This document shows, one piece after another, positions 8,475 through 16,512 of a DNA stretch of 19,360 nucleotides. Every line of letters begins with the position of its first letter. Position 1 is the stretch's first letter. The notes beneath the pieces were generated by a model that made no database searches, was not told where the DNA came from, and saw only the letters and a list, made by a program, of their open reading frames with translations. This DNA comes from Gemmatimonadota bacterium (GTDB lineage: Bacteria > Latescibacterota > UBA2968 > UBA8231), in the NCBI GenBank assembly GCA_038128265.1, contig JAYPJE010000068.1:1-19360 (forward strand), read 5' to 3'. The position numbers were made by a program, and so were the translations under genes.

Positions 8475-9347
8475 ATGGCCTACACCATTCAGGAAATTCT
8501 CAGCGACGAAGAAACGACGCTGCGCCTTTACTTCGACGATATTGCCGATTCGCGTCCCCTGAGCCGCGAGCGCGAGGTAGAATTGGCCGCCCGCATTCAG
8601 GAAGGCGATATGGTTGCCCGCGATGAGTTGGTCAACGCCAATCTGCGCTTTGTCATTGACGTCGCCAAGAATTACCAGAATCGCGGTCTCTCGCTGTCGG
8701 ACCTGATCAGCGCGGGTAACGTCGGCCTGCTGACGGCCGCCGAGCGCTTTGATGGCACGAAAGGCTACAAGTTTATTTCCTACGCCGTCTGGTGGATCAA
8801 GCAGTCGATCCTGCAGTCGATCGCCGAACACGCGCGCACGGTGCGCCTGCCGCTCAACAAGCTCAGCCTGTTGAAAGATATCTCCAAGGCCTCGCGCAAG
8901 CTCGGCCAGGGCCGCGAGAGCGAACCGGGCATCGAAGAAATCGCCCGCGAGTTGGATATGCCGGAACAGGAAATTCTCGATACGATGATGAGCGCGCGCT
9001 CCGTCCGCTCACTCGACGAGTCCTTTGAGGAGGACGACGAGCGCAGCCTGCTGAACATCCTCTCCGACGAGAATCAGGCCACGCCCGATAGCCATGTGTT
9101 AGAGACGTCGGCCCGCGCCCAGCTGGAAGAAGTGCTCGAGAGCCTCGACGAGCGCGAACTGCGCATCATCCGCCTCTACTTTGGCCTGGATGGCAGCGAG
9201 TCGCTGACGCTAGAGCAGATTGGCGGCCTGATGGGCCTCACGCGCGAGCGCGTGCGCCAGCTCAAGGAGCGCGCCCTCGGCAAGCTGCGCCATCCGGCCC
9301 GCTACCAGGCGCTGCTGTCGCTGATTGATGAAACCGAAGTATACTAG
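8475..9347 (+). CDS. Short RpoD/RpoS-family sigma70 factor lacking region 1.1 (290 aa)
   Basis: Region 1.2 LRLYFDDI..LSREREVELA; region 2 LVNANLRFV, DLISAGNVGL, KFISYAVWWIKQSI, RTVRLP; region 4 TLEQIG..MGLTRERVRQLKERALGKLR. ATG 8475 has a GAAGGA RBS. Confidence 0.93.
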   Translation: MAYTIQEILSDEETTLRLYFDDIADSRPLSREREVELAARIQEGDMVARDELVNANLRFVIDVAKNYQNRGLSLSDLISAGNVGLLTAAERFDGTKGYKFISYAVWWIKQSILQSIAEHARTVRLPLNKLSLLKDISKASRKLGQGRESEPGIEEIARELDMPEQEILDTMMSARSVRSLDESFEEDDERSLLNILSDENQATPDSHVLETSARAQLEEVLESLDERELRIIRLYFGLDGSESLTLEQIGGLMGLTRERVRQLKERALGKLRHPARYQALLSLIDETEVY

Positions 9348-9376
9348 CGCATCGCGCACATAGTGCCAATGGACAG

Positions 9377-9409
9377 CGGGGCGGATTTCCTATTTGGAAA
9401 TCCGCCCCG
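9377..9409. terminator. Hairpin between convergent genes (probable terminator)
   Basis: Perfect 14-bp stem CGGGGCGGATTTCC / GGAAATCCGCCCCG with a TATTT loop; no strong U-tract. Confidence 0.65.
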
Positions 9410-9436
9410 TGCCTTTGTACGAATGGCTGCCGGCGC

Positions 9437-11704
9437 TCACGGCCCCTCTCCTCCGCTGCGCGCCTTGATCCCGCTTAAATAGCGGCGCACGTCGTCACGC
9501 CGAGTAGAATCGAGCCGCACCGCTTCGGCAAAGTGCACAGCTGCCGGCGCGTACTGCGCCATCTCTATGGACAGCACGCCGCTGTAAAAGTGTGCATCGG
9601 CATTGTGCGGCTCAAGCTGGCGCAGCCGATCGAAGTAGCGTAGACCGTCTTCGGGCCGAAGCGCGCGCCCGTAGGCCTGGCCAATTACTCGCAGATCATC
9701 TCTCTTCCAACGCACGGGATCCATCTGGCCCTCTACTTCTGAGGCAATATCGTCTCGGCCCTCGGCCAGCGCGACCACCAGTAAATGGCGCGCAGCCTCC
9801 GGGTAGCGCCGGTCCATATCCCACGTTCGCTGCAGTATCTCGAGCGCGCGCGCCCTGTCGCCCTTATTCAGGTAAAACTGAGCCAGCGAGAAGTGAATAT
9901 GCTGCTTTGTAGGACTTAGCCGCGCCGCTTCGGCCAGATGCGCCTCGGCGCGCTCGGCAAGGGATGAATCAAAGCGACTCGCTCGCTGTGCCAACAGAGC
10001 GGCTGCCGTCAAGGTCTTGGTATCTTTAGCCGGTTGCGCAAGCTCCTTTTCTATTTCGCGCAGTGCATGCCGTAGAAAGCGCTCTTTATCCAATACATCT
10101 ACGCCCGCAGCACCACTTACTGTTAACGCAGCACGACCCAACTCCTCGCGTGCTTCCCCTTGACCCAACGCACTCAGACCAATTGCCCGATCAAATGCAG
10201 ACTGCATATTCGCTACGTCGACCTCTTCCCCAACGGCCAAGCGGTCCGTCATGGCCTGCGCTCGCTCCAAGGCGATGATCTGCTGCAGGGGAACGACATT
10301 TACACCGTAAAAAAACAGCGCGCTGCAGACAGAAACGCCGACTGCGCCCCATACCGGCGCGCGCCTTCCAGGCTCTAAAGATCCTGGTTGACCGCGGACC
10401 GTTCCCACATAGGCGAGCAGCCCAAATAGTGGGATATATACAAGCAGCGTATCGTAGGAGAACAGACCCTGGGCCACATAGCTAATAAAAAAACCCGACA
10501 GCAACAGGGCAGACAACGCCGACCAGGTGCCAACACGCACCCCTTTCCACAGAGAAAAGAAGGCCATCCCAAATACGATCAGCTGGGCGCACAAACCAGG
10601 CACGCCTGCGTCAAGCGCCCAGCGCAGCAGATTGTTGTGCGGTCGGTCATACCAGGGTTCCCTCTTGGCAAATAGAGCCGGGTCATAGTACTTCTGGAAT
10701 ACGAGATAGAAATTGTCCATGCCCCATCCCGTCAGTGGCCGCTCAGCTACGCCGCGCCAGGCCATGCCCCAGGTCCGCAGGCGCGTGCCAAGCGTCGCGT
10801 AGGTCGCGTAATCATCCAATAACTCTTCCGAGTTGACAAAGCGATTGAGCACATAGTTTTCCCGTATCCACGAAGCGTCTCTCTCCAGCCACACCACTAG
10901 CGGCGACAGAATGCCTAGTAGCAGAACGCTGACCAACACGAAGCGCGTGCGTTTGCTGCCGTTTGGGAACAGTTGTGGAAAGAAGAGGACACCAAGCACG
11001 CAAACCAGCCCAAGCGATATAAAGAGGGCTATGATGCCCGCACGTGCGCCGGTGTAATACAGCACGACTAAATGCAGCAGGGAGAGCGCCAACATCCCTG
11101 CTGCCAGCACGCGCTGCGCTCGATGGAAGTGCGCCATATATATGGCCAGCCAGGCGTGCAGCAGCACATACGGGGCGAGAAATGCCGCATTCCCCGTTAT
11201 CGACTGGACGCGCTGCGGAGCTCCAGGCACCCACAAGGAGAAACCGTTGCGCTCAAAAACGGCATGCACACAAACCAACGAACTCGTCGCAATCAGGACG
11301 CTGATAAACGCATGCCAGTGGCGCTTCGACTGGAATACACTCGACGCCATTACATACAGCAGGTATAAGTGCAGCAGCGTTACAAACCCGTCCATCTTTT
11401 CGAAGTTAGACCAAAAGGCCCGCGACGGATTGGGACTGAACGCCGCGGCTAGCGCCCATAGCACCACAACTGCGCTCAGCGCCACAAGGATCGGTGTGCG
11501 CGCGGGTCGATAGCGCGGGCACCGCAGCGCCAGCACCGACCAAAGAATAAAGAGGAGCGATATGGCTAGACGAAAGGCAAACGCTTTGCCCGTAAAATAC
11601 GGGAAGATAAACGATGTATCGATATAGAGCAGCGTCAGCGGAACGCAGCAAAGACCGATAGTCAGTGCGCGCACTATATGGATCTGGCCGACGGGTAGTT
11701 TCAT
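9437..11704 (-). CDS. O-antigen ligase (Wzy_C)-family membrane protein with C-terminal TPR repeats
   Basis: Many transmembrane segments; SITGNAAFLA, TGARAG, R..TW..AW....ERPLTGWG.DNF and DRPHN..L motifs; TPR-like tail (A..LSP...HFSLAQFY, LEPHNADAHFYSG). Start ATG 11704 preferred over 11773. Confidence 0.85.
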   Translation of the reverse strand: MKLPVGQIHIVRALTIGLCCVPLTLLYIDTSFIFPYFTGKAFAFRLAISLLFILWSVLALRCPRYRPARTPILVALSAVVVLWALAAAFSPNPSRAFWSNFEKMDGFVTLLHLYLLYVMASSVFQSKRHWHAFISVLIATSSLVCVHAVFERNGFSLWVPGAPQRVQSITGNAAFLAPYVLLHAWLAIYMAHFHRAQRVLAAGMLALSLLHLVVLYYTGARAGIIALFISLGLVCVLGVLFFPQLFPNGSKRTRFVLVSVLLLGILSPLVVWLERDASWIRENYVLNRFVNSEELLDDYATYATLGTRLRTWGMAWRGVAERPLTGWGMDNFYLVFQKYYDPALFAKREPWYDRPHNNLLRWALDAGVPGLCAQLIVFGMAFFSLWKGVRVGTWSALSALLLSGFFISYVAQGLFSYDTLLVYIPLFGLLAYVGTVRGQPGSLEPGRRAPVWGAVGVSVCSALFFYGVNVVPLQQIIALERAQAMTDRLAVGEEVDVANMQSAFDRAIGLSALGQGEAREELGRAALTVSGAAGVDVLDKERFLRHALREIEKELAQPAKDTKTLTAAALLAQRASRFDSSLAERAEAHLAEAARLSPTKQHIHFSLAQFYLNKGDRARALEILQRTWDMDRRYPEAARHLLVVALAEGRDDIASEVEGQMDPVRWKRDDLRVIGQAYGRALRPEDGLRYFDRLRQLEPHNADAHFYSGVLSIEMAQYAPAAVHFAEAVRLDSTRRDDVRRYLSGIKARSGGEGP

Positions 11705-11817
11705 AGGAAAGGCTTGCTTGTAGAGTCTGTCCAATGGACATGCAAACGCAAACCTATTGCGCCCGCAGCCCATAGACGGTCTTTTAAAAACGGAGCCCGG
11801 TTATTTAATTATTTGCC

Positions 11818-12240
11818 ATGAGCAAGAGGCCACGACAGCACGGCAATAGCCGCGCCCGCAGTCCCCGCGAGTATCTGCAGACCCTGCTCAGCCGCGAGGA
11901 CCTGAGCGCGATCGGCCGGCTTGGCCTGTGGTCAGCCTTTGCTAGCGAAGAAGCCGTGCGGCGTTTTGCAGCCCAATCCAAAGCCGAGCGGCGCGCATTT
12001 TTCCAGCGCTATGCGGCCCATATGGAAACCGATGCCCCCTCCCTAGCGCATGCCGCGCGTGCCGCAGACGAGGCAGACTATCGCTTTTTCGATCTACCCA
12101 ACGGCGCTAGCCCCGCACAGATACGCGATCGCTACCGCGAGCTAGCGCTCGGTTTCCACCCCGACCGCATCGACGGCGACACCGAGCTCATGCAAGCAAT
12201 CAACGCAGCCTATCGGCGCCTGCAAAGGCGCGCACGTTGA
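11818..12240 (+). CDS. Small protein with C-terminal J domain (type III DnaJ-like)
   Basis: FDLPNGASPAQIRDRYRELALGFHPDR..GDTELMQAINAAY, with an intact HPD. Confidence 0.82.
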   Translation: MSKRPRQHGNSRARSPREYLQTLLSREDLSAIGRLGLWSAFASEEAVRRFAAQSKAERRAFFQRYAAHMETDAPSLAHAARAADEADYRFFDLPNGASPAQIRDRYRELALGFHPDRIDGDTELMQAINAAYRRLQRRAR

Positions 12241-12809
12241 CGCCGGCCAGGCAGCCGCTCGGCGTCTGCGTCTACTGCGGATCGCGCCCGGGCGCCCATC
12301 CGTCCTACGAGCAGCAGGCTCGGGCGCTGGGCACGGCACTCGGCCAGTGCGACCTGCCCCTCGTCTACGGCGGCGGCCACGTGGGCATGATGGGGGCAAT
12401 CGCCGATGCCGCCCTAGCAGCAGGCGGTACCGCGGTCGGCGTTATCCCACGCGCCATGGTCGAGCGCGAATGGGCCCACCAAGGACTGAGCGAACTCCTC
12501 ATCGTCGAAGACATGCACCAGCGCAAGGCCACCATGGCACAGCGAGCCCGGTGCTATGTGGCACTTCCCGGAGGCTTTGGCACGCTAGAAGAGCTGTCTG
12601 AAACGCTGTCCTGGGCCCAGCTCGACTTTCACCAGAAACCGCTCTTCCTGCTCAACGTGCGCGGTTATTTCGACCCCCTACTCGCCTTTCTAGATCGCTG
12701 CGTCGGCGAGCACTTTGCCGATACAGCCCATCGCCAACTGCTGCAGGTAACCAACAGCGTGGACGACCTATTGGCCCATCCCTACTTCCCCGCAGCGGAT
12801 CACACGTAG
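12237..12809 (+). CDS. LOG-family nucleotide phosphoribohydrolase (TIGR00730-like)
   Basis: VCVYCGSR, LVYGGG.VGMMG, MHQRK and PGGFGTLEE; TTGA overlap with the upstream stop. Confidence 0.92.
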   Translation: MTPARQPLGVCVYCGSRPGAHPSYEQQARALGTALGQCDLPLVYGGGHVGMMGAIADAALAAGGTAVGVIPRAMVEREWAHQGLSELLIVEDMHQRKATMAQRARCYVALPGGFGTLEELSETLSWAQLDFHQKPLFLLNVRGYFDPLLAFLDRCVGEHFADTAHRQLLQVTNSVDDLLAHPYFPAADHT

Positions 12810-13819
12810 GGATCGTCTTCTCCCGAGCGCGGCACGCGCAGCAGCTGCTGCTCTTCGAGCGCGCGCACGGCCTGCACAATGCGATCCCGCGCCGCCTGCA
12901 CTTCGCTCATGCGCACCGGAGCCATGGCCTGCACATCTTCCATAAAACGCGCGCGCCGCCGTTCAGACATGGCACCTAAAAACGCGTTCTGCACCAGCTT
13001 ATCGGCCGCGCGCAGTGCCAGCCGCAAATCGCCCATATCGATTTGCTCGAGCAACACCTGTGCATCGCGCTCGGGCAAACGCGCCAAGTCGTCAAACGAC
13101 AGCAGGCGCCGCCGCACCGCTTCGGCCGCTTCGGGATCCTTATTATCCATGCTCGCGAGCACGCCTTTCTCCAGCCTGCCCCCGCCTGCATTGAGGATGG
13201 CCGCCAGCGCCTCCGACCCGCCCACGCGACGCTCGTCATCCAGTGCATCCGAAAGCAGCTCGGCCAGATTTTCTTCCACCGCGCGCACGATATCCGAATC
13301 GACTTTTCCCAGCGTGGCGATGCGATGCGCCACTTCGGCCTGCACCGCACCCGGCAGGCACTCGAGTATGGCCGCAGCCTGCTCCGTGGCCAGCTGCGAT
13401 AGAATCAGCGCGATGGTTTGCGGATGCTCGCGCCCGATAAAAGGGGCCGCACGCTGCGGATCGAGATTCCGCAGCAGGGCGAACCCAGCCGCAGGCGCAT
13501 CTAGCGCGCGCTCCAGCATCGCTTGCGCACGTTCTGGCCCCAACGCGCGCTCCAGCACCTGGCGCGCGTAGCGCACGCCGCCTTCTACTGCGGCATCGCC
13601 CTCCAACGCCGCGGCAAACTCGGCCAGCACGCGATCCTGCACGTCTTTGGATACGCCTTTTAGCCCGACCAGCGCCTGCGCCACTTCGGCCGCCTCGTCG
13701 TCGTCAAATTGGCGCATGAGCTCTGCGGCGACCTCGTCGCCCAGCGCAACCATGAGCACGGCGATTTTGTCCCAGGACGGCAGCGCCGCACGCAGGCGCT
13801 CTTTGTCGACCTCGCGCAC
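12800..13819 (-). CDS. fliG: Flagellar motor switch protein FliG homologue (full N, M and C domains)
   Basis: KIAVLMVALG, GGVRYARQVLERALG, EHPQTIALILS, VGG linker and MSERR...EDV...PVRMSEV. Confidence 0.88.
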   Translation of the reverse strand: MREVDKERLRAALPSWDKIAVLMVALGDEVAAELMRQFDDDEAAEVAQALVGLKGVSKDVQDRVLAEFAAALEGDAAVEGGVRYARQVLERALGPERAQAMLERALDAPAAGFALLRNLDPQRAAPFIGREHPQTIALILSQLATEQAAAILECLPGAVQAEVAHRIATLGKVDSDIVRAVEENLAELLSDALDDERRVGGSEALAAILNAGGGRLEKGVLASMDNKDPEAAEAVRRRLLSFDDLARLPERDAQVLLEQIDMGDLRLALRAADKLVQNAFLGAMSERRRARFMEDVQAMAPVRMSEVQAARDRIVQAVRALEEQQLLRVPRSGEDDPYV

Positions 13820-13822
13820 GGC

Positions 13823-14593
13823 CTACCCCTCTTCCTGCAATTTTTTTAACTCGTCGCGCAGCAGAGCAGCCCGTTCAAAATCCTCGCGTTCCACCGCCTC
13901 CTCCTGCAGTCGCTGTAGCTGTTCGAAGCGACTGAGCGGACGCTTGTCCTGCAGTTCGCGCTGCAGTTCGTCCAGCGCCTGCTCCGAGCGCTCCATCTCC
14001 GCGTGGAATTCCTCCGCGTCTACGGCGCGGCACTGGCCGATGCGCGCCCGCGTTTCCTCGACAATTTCCAGCGCGCGATCAAATGCGTCGTCTTCACAGG
14101 CCATCATAGCGCGCGCCGTGCCGTGGATGCGCAGAATATAGGGCCACCACTTTTCCAGATTGAGCCGGTCATCTTCCTCAGCAGCATAGCGATTGACAAA
14201 GCGAAACAGGCTCATATTGCGCTCCGTGTCGCGAACCACCCGCTGATAGTCTTTTAACTGCAGCAGAAATACGTAGCGCTCATAGAGGCGTGCCCCCTCC
14301 TCAAACAGCTCTTTACACGCGGCCGGTTGCAGCGCAAAGTCGTCTCCTTCTGCATGGTCAGGATCGCCGTGGCGCTCTTGCTCTGCGCGAAAGTAATCGA
14401 GCGCGAAATCACTCCCATGCGGTTTTCTGCCGTCCGGCCGCCCATCCAAGTCGAGCTGCAGGATACCCTGAAAGGCACCCTGGTCGATACGCACCTGGAT
14501 CTTCTCCACGCCATCTTCACCGCGTATTTTGCGCACATTGGCTTCCGGATCGAACGCCCATTCATTTAAGAGCTCTGTGATATCTTGCTTCAT
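13823..14593 (-). CDS. Uncharacterised protein with a C-terminal UvrB/UvrC (UVR) motif
   Basis: C-terminus LQRLQEEAVEREDFERAALLRDELKKL; ATG 14593 has an AAGGAG RBS; the N-terminal region (DGRPDG.KPHG) has unknown function. Confidence 0.8.
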   Translation of the reverse strand: MKQDITELLNEWAFDPEANVRKIRGEDGVEKIQVRIDQGAFQGILQLDLDGRPDGRKPHGSDFALDYFRAEQERHGDPDHAEGDDFALQPAACKELFEEGARLYERYVFLLQLKDYQRVVRDTERNMSLFRFVNRYAAEEDDRLNLEKWWPYILRIHGTARAMMACEDDAFDRALEIVEETRARIGQCRAVDAEEFHAEMERSEQALDELQRELQDKRPLSRFEQLQRLQEEAVEREDFERAALLRDELKKLQEEG

Positions 14594-14637
14594 CCTGTTC
14601 TCCTTCGCCCGTAGCAACCTTGACGCCACGCCTCGGT

Positions 14638-14666
14638 ATGATACCTTGCACCTCGGACCATGTCAA
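14638..14666 (-). promoter_or_regulatory. Near-consensus sigma70 promoter for the UVR-protein and fliG unit
   Basis: Minus strand TTGACA-N17-TATCAT, with the -10 about 45 bp upstream of ATG 14593. Confidence 0.78.
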
Positions 14667-14741
14667 TTGCCGCAGCCGTGCGCGCCAAGACCTACTCCAA
14701 CAAAAATTAATGGCAAAACGGACGCGCCAACCAATCCACCA

Positions 14742-14770
14742 TTTACAAAGCGACAAATTTGTCTTATTTT
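14742..14770 (+). promoter_or_regulatory. Sigma70-type promoter for the NifA-like gene
   Basis: TTTACA-N17-TATTTT; the spacer contains the palindrome GACAAATTTGTC. Confidence 0.55.
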
Positions 14771-14794
14771 TACCCTATTAAATCACATATTTGT
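14752..14794. promoter_or_regulatory. Paired ACA-N4-TGT boxes (operator)
   Basis: GACAAATTTGTC (14752-63; ACA at 14753) and ACATATTTGT (14785-94), 32 bp apart. Confidence 0.62.
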
Positions 14795-14808
14795 AGAAAA
14801 AAGATCGC

Positions 14809-16368
14809 ATGACCACACTGACTAACTCGACGCCCAATGCGCGTCAGCAAATTTCCGCCCTACACACGATCGGGCAAATCCTCGGCGAAACGACCGATTT
14901 CGAAGAGGCGCTCAACCAGATCCTGAAAGCCATCTGCGAAGGACTCAATATGAGTCTGGCTACCGTCAGCCTGCTGCACGAGGAGACGGATCAGGTCACC
15001 ATTGACGTGGCCTACGGGCTATCGCGCAGCGAAATGGAGCGCGGTCGCTACAAAGTCGGCGAGGGCATCACCGGCAAGGTCGTCGAGTCTGGCAAGCCAG
15101 TCATCGTTCCGCGGATCAGCAGCGAACCCCTCTTTCTCAATCGGACGGGCGCCCACGGCAACGAAAAAGAGCAAACCTCCTTTATCTGCGTGCCCATCTC
15201 CTCATCGCAGCAGGTGGTCGGCACGCTCAGCGTCGATACCCCCTACGAGAGCGATCCGGTGCTGCAGGAAACCGTGCGCCTGCTCTCTATAATAGCCGTC
15301 ATGATCGGCCAATCAGTCGCCGCCCGCAAGCGCGCGCGCGACGAGCAAATGCAGCTAGTCGACGAAAATCAGCGCCTCAAGCAGGAGCTGCGCGAGCGCT
15401 TTCAACCGGCCAACCTAATTGGCAATGCGCGGCCGATGCAGGAAATCGGCGAATTGGTGCGCCAAGTAGCCCCCAGCGACGCGACTGTTTTACTGCGCGG
15501 CGAAAGCGGCACCGGCAAAGAGCTCATCGCCGACGCCCTGCACTACAACAGCCTGCGCGCCAACAAGAACTTTGTCAAAGTCCACATCGCCGCCCTGCCC
15601 GAAACGCTTATCGAAAGCGAGCTGTTTGGCTACGAAAAAGGGGCATTTACGGGCGCTTCGGGCAACAAAGTGGGCCGCTTTGAACGGGCCAACGGCGGCA
15701 CGATATTTCTCGACGAAATTGGCGAACTCAGCCCCGCTGTCCAGGTCAAACTACTGCGCGTGCTGCAAAATCGCGAAGTGGAACGCCTAGGCAGCGACGC
15801 CCCCATTCCCATCGACGTGCGCATCATCGCCGCCACGCACGTCAACCTCGAGCAAGCCGTTGCCGAGGGCACTTTTCGCGAAGACCTATTTTACCGACTC
15901 AATGTGTTTCCGATTTTTATGCCTCCGCTGCGCGAGCGCAAATCAGATATATTGCTGCTAGCGGATCACTTTCTCGAAAAATACGCGAGCCAGCACAACA
16001 GCGAAATTCGCCGTATTTCAACCCCAGCCATCGACATGATGATGAGCTACCACTGGCCCGGCAACGTGCGCGAGCTGGAAAACTGCATCGAACGAGCTGT
16101 TATTCTCAGCAACGACGGCGTAGTGCACGGCCATCACATGCCCCCCTCGCTGCAGACGGCCGACGCCACCAATACCCCCGTAGCTGGATCCTTTGAGGCC
16201 CTCCTAAAGGCCTACGAACGCGAGATACTCATTGAGGCCCTCAAAAATGCCCGCGGGAATATGGCCAAAGCAGCGCGCATCCTCGGCACGTCGACGCGCA
16301 TTTTCTCCTATCGGATCCAAAAGTTAGACATCAACCCCAAACAGTACAAGAGCAAAAAGCAACAATAA
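14809..16368 (+). CDS. NifA-like sigma54 activator (GAF-AAA+-HTH)
   Basis: GAF with RGRYKVGEGITGKV...PLFLNRTG; GESGTGKE; ESELFGYEKGAFTGA; IFLDEIGE; FREDLFYRLNVFP; WPGNVRELENCIER; GNMAKAARILG HTH. Confidence 0.93.
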   Translation: MTTLTNSTPNARQQISALHTIGQILGETTDFEEALNQILKAICEGLNMSLATVSLLHEETDQVTIDVAYGLSRSEMERGRYKVGEGITGKVVESGKPVIVPRISSEPLFLNRTGAHGNEKEQTSFICVPISSSQQVVGTLSVDTPYESDPVLQETVRLLSIIAVMIGQSVAARKRARDEQMQLVDENQRLKQELRERFQPANLIGNARPMQEIGELVRQVAPSDATVLLRGESGTGKELIADALHYNSLRANKNFVKVHIAALPETLIESELFGYEKGAFTGASGNKVGRFERANGGTIFLDEIGELSPAVQVKLLRVLQNREVERLGSDAPIPIDVRIIAATHVNLEQAVAEGTFREDLFYRLNVFPIFMPPLRERKSDILLLADHFLEKYASQHNSEIRRISTPAIDMMMSYHWPGNVRELENCIERAVILSNDGVVHGHHMPPSLQTADATNTPVAGSFEALLKAYEREILIEALKNARGNMAKAARILGTSTRIFSYRIQKLDINPKQYKSKKQQ

Positions 16369-16403
16369 TGTACTTTTCAACATGGACAAAAAGACATTGT
16401 TGT
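16362..16403. promoter_or_regulatory. Paired ACA-N4-TGT boxes (putative enhancer of amtB)
   Basis: ACAATAATGT (16362-71) and ACATTGTTGT (16394-403), 32 bp apart, centred about 155 and 125 bp upstream of the predicted sigma54 start. Confidence 0.6.
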
Positions 16404-16495
16404 TGTTTTTTGTTTCCTGCACCTCCATACTCTTTAAGACACTAACTCGCTGTTTTTTAAAGCCGAGCTAGCCCTTCTACACACATACCTTCCGC

Positions 16496-16512
16496 TTGGC
16501 ACCCCGCTTGCT
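16496..16512 (+). promoter_or_regulatory. Sigma54 (-24/-12) promoter of amtB-glnK-porin
   Basis: TTGGCACCCCGCTTGCT: GG(16498-99)-N10-GC(16510-11), near consensus; IHF-like TAACTCGCTGTTT at 16443-55. Confidence 0.9.

Noticed and set aside
12237..12809. LOG enzyme as a substitute for the missing futalosine hydrolase
   Set aside because: LOG enzymes act on 5'-monophosphate nucleotides, and the gene is not linked to the mqn operon.
14711..14725. TGGCAAAACGGACGC as a sigma54 promoter for the NifA-like gene
   Set aside because: GG-N10-GC spacing is correct but the -12 lacks TTGC; a sigma70-type promoter fits at 14742-70.
14809..16368. Calling the gene nifA and inferring nitrogen fixation
   Set aside because: No nif genes in the window and no TGT-N10-ACA in the flanking regions; the nearest is TGT-N8-ACA at 16369-82.
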